Source: a bacterium
Lineage (GTDB): Bacteria > Patescibacteriota > Minisyncoccia > Phycocordibacterales > DATDWN01
NCBI GenBank assembly: GCA_037134875.1
Contig: JBAXLH010000001.1
Location: 106,646-170,645 of the forward strand
DNA: 64,000 nt
Reading direction: 5' to 3'
A program made the translations under genes and the position numbers. Each line of letters opens with the position of its first letter. Position 1 is the first letter of the stretch. Under the pieces are notes generated by a model that was not told where the DNA came from, searched no databases, and saw nothing but the letters and a program-made list of their open reading frames with translations. Positions 38,999 to 47,904 of the stretch are shown here, piece by piece.

Positions 38999-40537
38999 AT
39001 GAACAAATTCTTTCTGTATGCGAGAAAATCTACCGACGAGCCAGATCGTCAGATTTTGAGTATTGAATCGCAGATTGACGAGTTGAAAGAATTTGCAAAG
39101 CGAGAGCAGTTGGAAATTGTTGAAACTTTTATTGAATCACAAACCGCCAAAGAGCCGGGGCGACCTATTTTCAACAATATGCTCTCGCTTATAGAAAAAG
39201 GTAAAGCGTCAGGAATTTTAGCTTGGCACCCCGATAGATTGGCGAGAAATAGTATTGATGGTGGAAAGATAATCTATCTGTGCGACCTTGGTAAAATTAA
39301 AGAGCTAAAATTCCCGACGTTTTGGTTCGACGCTACGCCACAAGGTAAGTTTATGTTAAATATTGCTTTTGGGCAGAGCAAATACTATGTAGATAATCTT
39401 TCAGAGAATGTGAAGCGCGGACTTCGACAAAAAGTAAGACGAGGCGAACAGAGCGGTCAAGCTCCGACGGGATATGTGAATGATAAGTTGAACAAGAAAA
39501 TTATTCCCGATGTGGAAAGATTTCGCCTCGTCAGGAAAATGTTCGAAGTCTACGCCACGGGAAATTATTCTCTGAAAGATACAAGGAATTTGCTCGCCCA
39601 AAAGGGCTTGGTGTCTAAAAATGGTAAAGTTCTCACTGTTTCAAACACGCAAATGATATTGAAAAATCCGTTCTACTATGGAATGTTTTTCTTTAACAAA
39701 GAACTTTACCAAGGAAAGCACGAGCCAGCGATTTCAAAGAAACTTTTTGATAAATGCGCTGAAGTATCGGCGAGGAATGCTCACCCGATGAAGCGAGGAA
39801 TTAACAAACATATCTTTCGCGGAATACTTTCGTGTGCAGAATGCGGATGTGGTATCACTAGCGAAGTGCAAAAGGGTCATACCTACTATCGTTGCACCAA
39901 AAAGAAAGGTGTCTGCACACAAAAATATATCCGCGAAGAATTCCTCGCCGAACAAGCTAATGATATTATCAAAAAAGTTTCTTTGCCGTCCGAGTGGAAA
40001 GAATTCATGCTCGCTGAACTCGAAAAGGAACAAGCGAGCAGTTTCCACTCTGACGCCCTTTTCGTTCAAAATCTGAAAAATCAAATCAAAAGTGTTGAGG
40101 AGACGCTAGACAAGCTCCTTGACGCTCATTTGGATAGCACAATTACGAGCGAGGAGTATATCGGCAAGAAGCAAAAGCTCCTCAACCAAAAAATTGATTT
40201 TTCAGAGAAATTGAAAGATTTTGAACGAAAAGGCAATCGCTGGCTCGAACTTTCTCGTCAATTCATTTTAGACAGTAACCAAGCCATAATTATCGCTTCC
40301 GAAGAAAATCTCGAAGCCAAAAGAGATTTTCTTAAAAAGATTGGCTCGAACCCCCGCCTCGCGTCCCGCTCGCTTCTTTTGGATTTCAAAAACCCTTGGC
40401 GAATTCTGGCGGAAACCCCAGTCGCGTCGCTTTGCGACGCTCCGAATTTTGGCGAAAAAACGAATTCCGAAACTTGGCTGCGGGACTTGGATTCGAACCA
40501 AGATGACACGATTCAGAGTCGCGTATCCTACCATTAG
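38999..40537 (+). CDS. Large serine recombinase, C-terminus runs through attR antisense to tRNA-Gln
   Basis: YARKS, DRLARN, APTGY, NPFYYG, CAECGC...YYRC, coiled coil; ends WLRDLDSNQDDTIQSRVSYH. Confidence 0.96.
   Translation: MNKFFLYARKSTDEPDRQILSIESQIDELKEFAKREQLEIVETFIESQTAKEPGRPIFNNMLSLIEKGKASGILAWHPDRLARNSIDGGKIIYLCDLGKIKELKFPTFWFDATPQGKFMLNIAFGQSKYYVDNLSENVKRGLRQKVRRGEQSGQAPTGYVNDKLNKKIIPDVERFRLVRKMFEVYATGNYSLKDTRNLLAQKGLVSKNGKVLTVSNTQMILKNPFYYGMFFFNKELYQGKHEPAISKKLFDKCAEVSARNAHPMKRGINKHIFRGILSCAECGCGITSEVQKGHTYYRCTKKKGVCTQKYIREEFLAEQANDIIKKVSLPSEWKEFMLAELEKEQASSFHSDALFVQNLKNQIKSVEETLDKLLDAHLDSTITSEEYIGKKQKLLNQKIDFSEKLKDFERKGNRWLELSRQFILDSNQAIIIASEENLEAKRDFLKKIGSNPRLASRSLLLDFKNPWRILAETPVASLCDAPNFGEKTNSETWLRDLDSNQDDTIQSRVSYH
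40349..40480 (+). repeat. attR: arm X + core (132 bp)
   Basis: Reverse complement of 38783-38914. Confidence 0.93.
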
Positions 40538-40548
40538 ATGATCCCGCA
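40475..40548 (-). tRNA. tRNA-Gln(CTG)
   Basis: TGCGGGA/TCCCGCA acceptor stem, CGCGA-CT-CTG-AA-TCGTG anticodon arm, TTCGAAT T-loop, G-CCA end. Confidence 0.97.
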
Positions 40549-40564
40549 ATATAAACGTCATTTC

Positions 40565-40593
40565 AGAATACCCGAAAATTGACTTTTTTACAA
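40565..40593 (-). promoter_or_regulatory. Sigma70-type promoter for tRNA-Gln
   Basis: Minus strand TTGTAA-17 nt-TATTCT upstream of the tRNA. Confidence 0.55.
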
Positions 40594-40753
40594 GAAAAAT
40601 GAGACAAGATAAAGGGCGCCACACCCCGCGTGAGTGTTTGGCGCCCGTGCGACTGTTTCCTGAGGGGGAAAGGTCTTTGGCTGGAACGTCGCCCAAAGGG
40701 CCAATTAATACTGACCTGTTCCAGTAATAACTATACCATATCCAGAGACGATT

Positions 40754-41632
40754 TCAACCAGTTATTGATGCCAAAATAATAGCAGAAATGACAGCCAGAA
40801 CAAGACCACATTTCTGATGAAATTTTATTTTTTCTTTGTTGACTGTTAGTCCCAAGATGACTGCAATAATAATGTAGCTTTCGGACAGCGCCACGACAAT
40901 ACCGATCGGGGCGAGAGACATTGCAAATGCAAACGCGACCCACGCAATCTTGTCCGGAATAGACATAAAAAGCAAAATCTTTTTATTCTCAATCATATGT
41001 TTCATCATAGATTTCATTCTGCCTGTAACTAGCAGGAAAATTGCTGTGCCGACAAGTAGAAATAGATCAGAAACAAAATTTGCTGTAATAGGGTCGCTGA
41101 GACGCGCGCTCCAGCCCATCAGAAAATTTGCAGCACCCATAAGTATTGCAGCAAAAAAAGCGATGACTGTTCCCTTTTCAAATAAAATATTTTTGAAATT
41201 AAGTTTGTCTTTGACAGATACCAGAGCGAGACCGACAAGCAAAAATACTATGAGTAGAATTTGTGTAGAGTTTATTCTTTCGCCCAAAATAAAGAAAGCG
41301 AGTAGAGCCGAGACTGGTACCTCAAACGACCAGATAGGTTCTACCACTGCTAGCTTGCCAAGACGGAGAGATTCAAAGTCTAGGAGAGCTGCGATGAAAA
41401 GAATTATGCACAGTATGACGAGTACAATCACAGTACTCAATGATCCGGAGAGAATCGGTCCAATATTTCCGTACGCAAAGGGTAACAAAATAACCGCACT
41501 AAAAAGCGACATAAAAAAGAGAGCTTCCCAACTACCAATTTTTCTGGCAGATTTTTGAATGTAAAAATCGCCAATCCCCCACGCGAGCATTGCTACAAAA
41601 CCGAGCGCAATACCGATATGAATAATACTCAT
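40754..41632 (-). CDS. DMT/EamA family transporter
   Basis: About 10 TM helices; FILGER and NKEKI repeat ends. Confidence 0.9.
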   Translation of the reverse strand: MSIIHIGIALGFVAMLAWGIGDFYIQKSARKIGSWEALFFMSLFSAVILLPFAYGNIGPILSGSLSTVIVLVILCIILFIAALLDFESLRLGKLAVVEPIWSFEVPVSALLAFFILGERINSTQILLIVFLLVGLALVSVKDKLNFKNILFEKGTVIAFFAAILMGAANFLMGWSARLSDPITANFVSDLFLLVGTAIFLLVTGRMKSMMKHMIENKKILLFMSIPDKIAWVAFAFAMSLAPIGIVVALSESYIIIAVILGLTVNKEKIKFHQKCGLVLAVISAIILASITG

Positions 41633-41634
41633 AT

Positions 41635-43314
41635 TTATTTTTTATTTTTTAAACACGCTTCAATAAATGCAGAGAAAAGTGGATGTGGATGCAGTGGTCT
41701 AGCTTTGAATTCTGGGTGAAATTGTGTACCGAGCAAAAATGGATGCATATCCTTTGGAAGTTCTGCGATTTCCATAAGTCTGCCGTCGGGAGATGTGCCA
41801 GAAAATACGAGGCCAGCTTTTTCTATTTCCGCGATGTATTCTGGATTGACTTCGTATCGATGTCGGTGACGCTCAGAGACTTCGGTTTTCTCGTCCGCCT
41901 TCGCCAAGGCTTCGGCGGACAAGTATGCTTTTTGTGCTATTGTTCCATCTTTGAGTACGGCAGGATACGCGCCGAGACGCATTGTTGCTCCATATTTATT
42001 TTCCTCCAAAAGTTTTTTCTGCTCTGGCATAATATCAATAACCACATGAGATGCTTTCGGATTTATTTCTGCCGTGTGTGCATCTTTCCAACCGATAACA
42101 TTTCGGCAAAATTCAATCACAGCAAGTTGCATACCGTAGCAGAGACCGAGATATGGAATCTTGTGCACACGAGCATACTCTATCGCCATTATCACACCCT
42201 CGATACCACTCTCACCAAATCCGCCAGGGACAATGATACCATCATAGTTTTTGAGTTCCGATACTTTTTTTGGATCCTGTTCGTAATCCTTTGAGTTTAT
42301 CCACGTGAGCTCTGGTCGCGCATCCTTCCAGTATGATGAAAATTTAATTGCTTCGATGACCGACACGTAGGCATCGGAGAGAACAAAATCTCCTGTATCA
42401 AAATATTTTCCGACGACTGCGATTTTCAATTCCTTTTTCGCGTTCTTTGATTTGTTTACAAATTTCCTCCATTCGTCGAGCTCGCCATTGTGCGCTTTTG
42501 TGCGCATATGAAGTGTTTTCAAAATAACTGATGCGATTTTGTCTTTTTCAAAATTGAGTGGCACGTCATACACACTTTTTATGTCCGGTGCAGAGATAAC
42601 ATTTTCTGGTGGCAAGGCGCACGAGAAAGCAATTTTCTCTTTGCGTTTGTGGTCGAGAGGCAAAGCACTGCGCGCAATAATAATGTCCGGCTGAACACCA
42701 TACGAGTTGAGCTGACGAACGGCGTTTTGTGTTGGGCGGGTTTTCATTTCGCCGAGAGAACCCGGAATAGGCAAGTACGAGACCATAATAAACATCACAT
42801 CTTGTGGATATTTGATCTTGAGAATTCTAGCCGCCTCGATGAACATTATGTTTTGGTAGTCGCCGATTGTTCCGCCGATTTCAATGAGGGAAATGTCCGA
42901 CTCGTGGAGGTCTGCTGACTTTTTCCATCTGCGAATAATCTCCTCTGTGATATGCGGAATCGCTTCCACACATTTGCCACGATAGCCGAGATTGCGTTCC
43001 TTTTCGATCACATATTTGTAGACCATTCCGGAAGTCATATAGTCGTCCGGTCCGAGATTTGCTTCCAAAAATCGCTCGTAGTTGCCCATATCCTGATCTG
43101 TTTCGAGTCCAGAATCAATCACAAATACTTCGCCGTGCTCTGTCGGATTCATATTTCCAGCATCAACATTTAAATAAGGGTCAACCTTTATGGGGTTGAC
43201 CGAGAAGCCTTTGCTTTGAAGGATTTTGCCGACTGATGATGAAGCGATTCCTTTTCCGACTCCTGACATAACGCCACCTACCACAAAAATATACTTATGA
43301 TTTTTCTTTTTCAT
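41635..43314 (-). CDS. pyrG: CTP synthase
   Basis: GGVMSGVGKG, HGEVFV, KTRPTQ, PGGFG, GLCYGMQ, ERHRHRYE, QFHPEF. Confidence 0.98.
   Translation of the reverse strand: MKKKNHKYIFVVGGVMSGVGKGIASSSVGKILQSKGFSVNPIKVDPYLNVDAGNMNPTEHGEVFVIDSGLETDQDMGNYERFLEANLGPDDYMTSGMVYKYVIEKERNLGYRGKCVEAIPHITEEIIRRWKKSADLHESDISLIEIGGTIGDYQNIMFIEAARILKIKYPQDVMFIMVSYLPIPGSLGEMKTRPTQNAVRQLNSYGVQPDIIIARSALPLDHKRKEKIAFSCALPPENVISAPDIKSVYDVPLNFEKDKIASVILKTLHMRTKAHNGELDEWRKFVNKSKNAKKELKIAVVGKYFDTGDFVLSDAYVSVIEAIKFSSYWKDARPELTWINSKDYEQDPKKVSELKNYDGIIVPGGFGESGIEGVIMAIEYARVHKIPYLGLCYGMQLAVIEFCRNVIGWKDAHTAEINPKASHVVIDIMPEQKKLLEENKYGATMRLGAYPAVLKDGTIAQKAYLSAEALAKADEKTEVSERHRHRYEVNPEYIAEIEKAGLVFSGTSPDGRLMEIAELPKDMHPFLLGTQFHPEFKARPLHPHPLFSAFIEACLKNKK
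41890..41923. repeat. Short palindromic element in frame within pyrG
   Basis: GTCCGCC-TTCGCCAAGGCTTC-GGCGGAC encoding LSAEALAKAD. Confidence 0.65.
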
Positions 43315-43356
43315 ACTGAATTCCGATTAACCAATAAAAAATAAAACTCCATTAAA

Positions 43357-43478
43357 AGTTTTGAGGATTTTTGCTCAAGTTCAAGGCGGATGAGAAATTT
43401 GATTGGAGCCGTACTTATGATACGGTGAGAATCAAATTTTGAAATCCAACGCAGAAATTGAGCAAAAATACCAAAACT
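43357..43478. repeat. Structured palindromic repeat family B, copy 2
   Basis: ATTTTTGCTCAA/TTGAGCAAAAAT stem; TTCAAGGCGGA...GGAGCCGTA...TACGGTGA...TCCAACGCAGAA. Confidence 0.75.
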
Positions 43479-44406
43479 ACACTTTCAAATACTTGCGCAC
43501 AGCTAAATAACTCGATATCGCACCGATCGCAATTCCCGAACCGACAACGATAAGAAATATCTGTCCGAAATTTGCCGTGTAGTAATGAAACAGATTGAGG
43601 CCCACAAAGAAGCTCTCTGTGGTACTGCCGAGCCACAAAGTGACTGGGTAAAAAATAATAAGTGTAATGATGCCCGAGATACATCCATAAATAGCACCTG
43701 CCACAAAGAATGGTCCGCGAATGTAGCCGGTAGAAGCACCGACGAGTCGCATCACGGAAATTTCATCACGCGACATATAAATCACAAGCCGAATCGTGTT
43801 GAATGTAATCAGTATTGAAATAATAATAAGAAGGAGTGTCAGCACAAAGCCAAGCTTGTTTGCCGAGTTTATAATGCTGGTCAGCCGATCAATCGCATCT
43901 TTGTTTTGAGAATAATTTACTTTGTCTATAATACTCGTACCGTCACTCGAGAGTGCGCTCTTGCTCTGCAAAAAGGTTGCAATACTTTCGTACTGTGATG
44001 GATCTTTTGCGCGGATGTTGAGTGTTGCGCCGAGCGGATTGTCACCGAGCTCATCGAGTGCCTGCAGTGTCAGATTGTCATTCTCGTGACGCTTTTTGAA
44101 TTCAGCTAGAGCGACATCTCGCGATGTGTAGATGACCGGCGGAGCGACTTCGGGGAGCTGGTCGAGGCGTTGTTTGATTGTATTGATATCATCCTCGCTC
44201 GCACTACTTGCAAAATAAACATTGATATCAACTTTGTCTTTGAGCGCCTGAAGAGTTGATTTTAAAATAGCTCCGGAGAAAATAGTCGAGCCGATAACAA
44301 AGAGTGTGACTACCATCACAAGGACTGATGACAGAGAAATAAAACCATTTCGCCAAAAACTAAAGAAACCTGATCTGATTATTCTTTTTGTTGTTATCCA
44401 CAGCAT
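43477..44406 (-). CDS. ftsX: Cell division permease FtsX
   Basis: FWRNG, NPLGA, NTIRL, EISVMRLVGA, IRGPF; downstream of ftsE. Confidence 0.95.
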   Translation of the reverse strand: MLWITTKRIIRSGFFSFWRNGFISLSSVLVMVVTLFVIGSTIFSGAILKSTLQALKDKVDINVYFASSASEDDINTIKQRLDQLPEVAPPVIYTSRDVALAEFKKRHENDNLTLQALDELGDNPLGATLNIRAKDPSQYESIATFLQSKSALSSDGTSIIDKVNYSQNKDAIDRLTSIINSANKLGFVLTLLLIIISILITFNTIRLVIYMSRDEISVMRLVGASTGYIRGPFFVAGAIYGCISGIITLIIFYPVTLWLGSTTESFFVGLNLFHYYTANFGQIFLIVVGSGIAIGAISSYLAVRKYLKV

Positions 44407-44410
44407 AGTT

Positions 44411-45091
44411 TTAAATTATATATTTACCCTCCATATCATCGCGAATAATTTTGCCGTTTTCCATCGTGATCACGCGCCTGTTCAGAGAATCAATCACGCC
44501 TTTGTTGTGAGTCGTGAGCACCACTGTCGTACCGAGGTCATTTATTTTTTTCAAAATTTGCACGATGTCGTATGTGTTGAGCGGATCAAGATTTCCAGTC
44601 GGCTCGTCGGCAATAATAACATCTGGCTGGTTTACGATGGCACGTGCTATTGCCACTCGCTGTTTCTCTCCACCCGAGAGCTCGTGTGGAAAATTCCAGA
44701 TCTTTTTGCTGAGATCAACAAGCTCGAGCACATGTGGCACATCCGCCTCTATCTCGCTGTCTTCTCTGCCAGCTGCCTCCATTGCGAACGCGATATTTTC
44801 GTACACATTCTTGTCCGGCAACAGTCGAAAATCCTGAAAAACGACACCTACCTTTCGACGAAATTCATTTATTTCTTTTTTTGATAACGAATGAACATTG
44901 GTTGATTCAAAAAAAACTTTTCCTTCGCTTGGCTTTTCTTCGGCCAAAATCATTTTGATGAGAGTTGTTTTGCCGGCACCACTATGACCGACGATGGAGA
45001 CGAATTCTTTTGGTTCGACACTGAATGATACATTTTCCAGAGCGATGGAATTGTCTGGATATACCTTTGAGACCTTATCGAAATAAATCAT
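44411..45091 (-). CDS. ftsE: Cell division ATP-binding protein FtsE
   Basis: [35 protein letters not shown]. Confidence 0.96.
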   Translation of the reverse strand: MIYFDKVSKVYPDNSIALENVSFSVEPKEFVSIVGHSGAGKTTLIKMILAEEKPSEGKVFFESTNVHSLSKKEINEFRRKVGVVFQDFRLLPDKNVYENIAFAMEAAGREDSEIEADVPHVLELVDLSKKIWNFPHELSGGEKQRVAIARAIVNQPDVIIADEPTGNLDPLNTYDIVQILKKINDLGTTVVLTTHNKGVIDSLNRRVITMENGKIIRDDMEGKYII

Positions 45092-45129
45092 ATGTCCATT
45101 ATAACTCATATGGCGAGATGCGCAAAACT

Positions 45130-46014
45130 TTATTTGATATCTTTTTCAGCTTCAATAAATTCATCAAGCTCTCCGGCCAAAATCTTGTCCACATTGCCGG
45201 TCTCGACGCCTGTGCGATGATCCTTTACTAGTTTGTATGGATGAAGCACATACGAGCGGATCTGATTCCCCCATTCAATCTGAGTCGTTTTTGAGACGTA
45301 CATACCCTTTTCCTTGGCCACCCTATCCTCCTCAAGCGCTTTGTAGATTTTACCCTTGAGAATCTTGAGCGCAGTCTCTTTATTTTGAGCCTGAGAGCGC
45401 TCCGTTTCGCTGGCCGCCGAAATGTTGGTTGGAATGTGCACAACGCGCACAGCGGTCTCACGCTTGTTTACGTTTTGTCCACCCGGGCCGGATGAGCGCG
45501 AGGTCTCCACACGGATTTCGTCCTCGGGAATTTCAAAATCTGTTACTTTTTCAAATTCCGGAATAACCTCCACCATCGAAAACGATGTGTGACGTTTTGC
45601 ATTTGCATTGAATGGCGAAATACGTACAAGTCGGTGCACACCAGACTCGTTTTTGAGCGTACCATATGCCTGCTTGCCTTTTATTTCGATAGTAATATTT
45701 CGAAACCCACCATGATCGTTTTGATTTTGATGCACAATCGTGACAGCAAAATTTTTTCGCTCGCAAAATTTGAGATACATATCCAAAAGTATTCCAGAAA
45801 AATCCTCGGCGTCGTCTCCACCCGCACCAGAAAAAATAGTCATAAGCGCGTTGCCTTTGTCGTATTTTCCCACACCTTCAATTTCAACTTTCAAGTCTGC
45901 AATTCTACGAATAGTTGCTTGCGCCTTGTCCTTGTCCACCCAAAAATCCGCCGATATCATTTCGGCTTCAAGCACTTCGAGTTCTTTTTTTAAATCTTCT
46001 ATATTTTTTTCCAT
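45130..46014 (-). CDS. prfB: Peptide chain release factor 2 (shortened N-domain)
   Basis: GAGG, ESGVHRLVRISPF (SPF motif), GPGGQNVN, WGNQIRSY; start MEKNIEDL just after tRNA-Thr. Confidence 0.93.
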   Translation of the reverse strand: MEKNIEDLKKELEVLEAEMISADFWVDKDKAQATIRRIADLKVEIEGVGKYDKGNALMTIFSGAGGDDAEDFSGILLDMYLKFCERKNFAVTIVHQNQNDHGGFRNITIEIKGKQAYGTLKNESGVHRLVRISPFNANAKRHTSFSMVEVIPEFEKVTDFEIPEDEIRVETSRSSGPGGQNVNKRETAVRVVHIPTNISAASETERSQAQNKETALKILKGKIYKALEEDRVAKEKGMYVSKTTQIEWGNQIRSYVLHPYKLVKDHRTGVETGNVDKILAGELDEFIEAEKDIK

Positions 46015-46018
46015 AATG

Positions 46019-46089
46019 AGCCAAAGGAGAGAATCGGACTCTCGTTCCTGCTTTACGAAAGCAGTGTTCTGCCACTGAACTACTTTGGC
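46019..46089 (-). tRNA. tRNA-Thr(CGT)
   Basis: GCCAAAG/CTTTGGC acceptor stem; CTGCT-TT-CGT-AA-AGCAG; T-loop TCCGATT. Confidence 0.9.
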
Positions 46090-46097
46090 ATAATAAA

Positions 46098-46173
46098 TGG
46101 AGCCGTTGACCGGGATTGAACCGGTGACCTCGTCATTACCAATGGCGTGCTCTACCAACTGAGCTACAACGGC
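46098..46173 (-). tRNA. tRNA-Thr(GGT)
   Basis: GCCGTTG/CAACGGC, TAGCTCAGTTGGTAGAGC, loop TT-GGT-AA, TTCAAT, T-CCA. Confidence 0.96.
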
Positions 46174-46196
46174 TTGCAAAATATATTACATTATTT

Positions 46197-47312
46197 TCAG
46201 ACATTATCCACTCCGATTGCTTCGCTCACATTTTTGAATCCATCGCGGGATAATTTTTCTGACAATCCACGATTGATTTCGCTTATGAGCTGTGGGCCTT
46301 CAAAAATCATTCCGGTAATCATTTGAATCAGTGTCGCACCGTTGCGGATCGCCATATACGCATCGTCAGCAGAGAAAATTCCTCCACAAAAAACATAGAC
46401 AAATTTTGTTGGCTCTTTCTTATACATATATGAGAGCAAATCCATCGCTTTTGGAAACACCATTTTGCCAGACAATCCGCCGTGTGGTGGGATCGGGTCA
46501 AGAACGTCTTTTTGTTCAAATCGTTTTGTCAGGTTGGAACAAATAATTCCGTCTACTTTGTGTTCTCGACTAATTCGCAGAAACTCATCAATCGCCTCTT
46601 TGCTCATATCCGGAGAAATTTTTACAAAAATAGGTTTTTTGGTTTCGATCTTGTCCAGATGAGTCATGAGCTTGTCATAATTTTCCAAAATAACAAACGG
46701 TTGACCGCCGGATGTGTTTGGGCAACTGATATTTACGGTAATGTAGTCAGCTATTCCAAACACCACACCGAAACCGGCAACGTAGTCGGCGATCGCCATA
46801 TCAATGTCCAAATTTTCTTTGCAATTTGTAAACGCGACACTGACACCGAGAGGTAGTCTGCGTTTTTTGCCGTACAATTTTTTCACGAGTACTCCGGCAC
46901 TTTTATTTTTGAGTCCATACCACACACCGAGAGATTTTGATTTCGGCAAACGCCAGAGTCGTGGTCGAGGGTTGCCTTCGTATGGCTTTGCGGTCACAGA
47001 ACCGAGCTCGGCAAATCCAAACCCAACAGAGTCAATAATATCTGTGAGTACACCATCCTTGTCAAAACCAGCAGAAAGTCCCACAGGATTTGCGAATGTA
47101 ATTCCGAGTACATTCTGATTCAACATCAGATTTTTGTATCCAAACATCATTCGTGTCTTCCACCGAGTCAAAGAAAATTTTCCGAGCAGTGTTCCAACAA
47201 ACAAAAAACTGTCATGGATATTTTCCGGATCATTCAAAAAAAGAATCGGTTTCAAAACCCGCGTGTAGAGAAAGTGAATGACCGCATTTCGATATTTATA
47301 ATATGTATTCAT
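46197..47312 (-). CDS. pyrD: Quinone-dependent dihydroorotate dehydrogenase
   Basis: NPVGLSAGFDK, GNPRPRL, NISCPNT, VKISPD, GGLSG. Confidence 0.95.
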   Translation of the reverse strand: MNTYYKYRNAVIHFLYTRVLKPILFLNDPENIHDSFLFVGTLLGKFSLTRWKTRMMFGYKNLMLNQNVLGITFANPVGLSAGFDKDGVLTDIIDSVGFGFAELGSVTAKPYEGNPRPRLWRLPKSKSLGVWYGLKNKSAGVLVKKLYGKKRRLPLGVSVAFTNCKENLDIDMAIADYVAGFGVVFGIADYITVNISCPNTSGGQPFVILENYDKLMTHLDKIETKKPIFVKISPDMSKEAIDEFLRISREHKVDGIICSNLTKRFEQKDVLDPIPPHGGLSGKMVFPKAMDLLSYMYKKEPTKFVYVFCGGIFSADDAYMAIRNGATLIQMITGMIFEGPQLISEINRGLSEKLSRDGFKNVSEAIGVDNV

Positions 47313-47329
47313 TTTTTGAGTATACCATA

Positions 47330-47740
47330 TTACTTTAATCCCTTGCAGTTACCGCCTGGCACGTAGCCAGCTGAGCGAGCATCTGCGATCGAGGCAAACG
47401 TGACCTGATTTTCTGGTTTGATCATTTTGACTGTGCCACACCACGGAAAGTAGTATTTTTTGCCAGACTTTGAACCGATAACCTGCTCACTACCTTGTCC
47501 GGATGCAGGATTTGCACCGGTTTGACCACCCCCTATCCCGGCACTCTGGGAGAGAGAATTTATGGTAGAGCCAGTTTGTGACCCATTTGGGTAAAATATG
47601 CGTACAGGCGTTTTTTGCTCCTCTAGGGCCGAAATACGGCCTAAAGCAAAGAAAATACTGGCCACAACGAGGAGTAAAATAGGGGTATAAAACCGGGCTA
47701 TTTCGGACTTTACTTTTTCTGCGATTTCCTTTATACTCAT
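47330..47740 (-). CDS. Membrane-anchored protein with Ada-like metal-binding C-terminus
   Basis: FALGRIS TM; GSKSGKKYYFPWC...AGYVP..NC. Confidence 0.75.
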   Translation of the reverse strand: MSIKEIAEKVKSEIARFYTPILLLVVASIFFALGRISALEEQKTPVRIFYPNGSQTGSTINSLSQSAGIGGGQTGANPASGQGSEQVIGSKSGKKYYFPWCGTVKMIKPENQVTFASIADARSAGYVPGGNCKGLK

Positions 47741-47772
47741 ATCACTGTAATTTTAGCAATTATTTAGATTTA

Positions 47773-47899
47773 TTACGAGGCATACGCAGATGGATGCTAT
47801 TCAAGGTGGACGAAGAAAAAGGCGAGGAGATGTACGAGAGTACATTGACGAGAATTTTTCAAGTCCAACGCAGAAGAGCGCCATATGCGTGAGCCGTAA
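47773..47899. repeat. Structured palindromic repeat family B, copy 3 (upstream of rpmA)
   Basis: ACGCAGATGG/CCATATGCGT stem; TTCAAGGTGGA...GGAGATGTAC-GAGA-GTACATTGACGA...TCCAACGCAGAA. Confidence 0.75.
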
Positions 47900-47904
47900 C
47901 ATTT

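Larger units (their letters stand above)
35352..40480. mobile_element. Inner integrative element at tRNA-Gln (serine recombinase + type II R-M) with internal inverted attP
   Basis: Bounded by direct TTGGCTG cores (35352-35358, 40474-40480); both arms recur joined and inverted at 38588-38914. Confidence 0.85.

Noticed and set aside
40655-40680. Hammerhead ribozyme core (CTGAGG...GAAA)
   Set aside because: Lacks CUGANGA and stem II; retained only as an unassigned structure.
46015-46179. N-terminal extension of the 349-aa prfB ORF
   Set aside because: It is the chance translation of two tRNA-Thr genes; the credible start is 46014.
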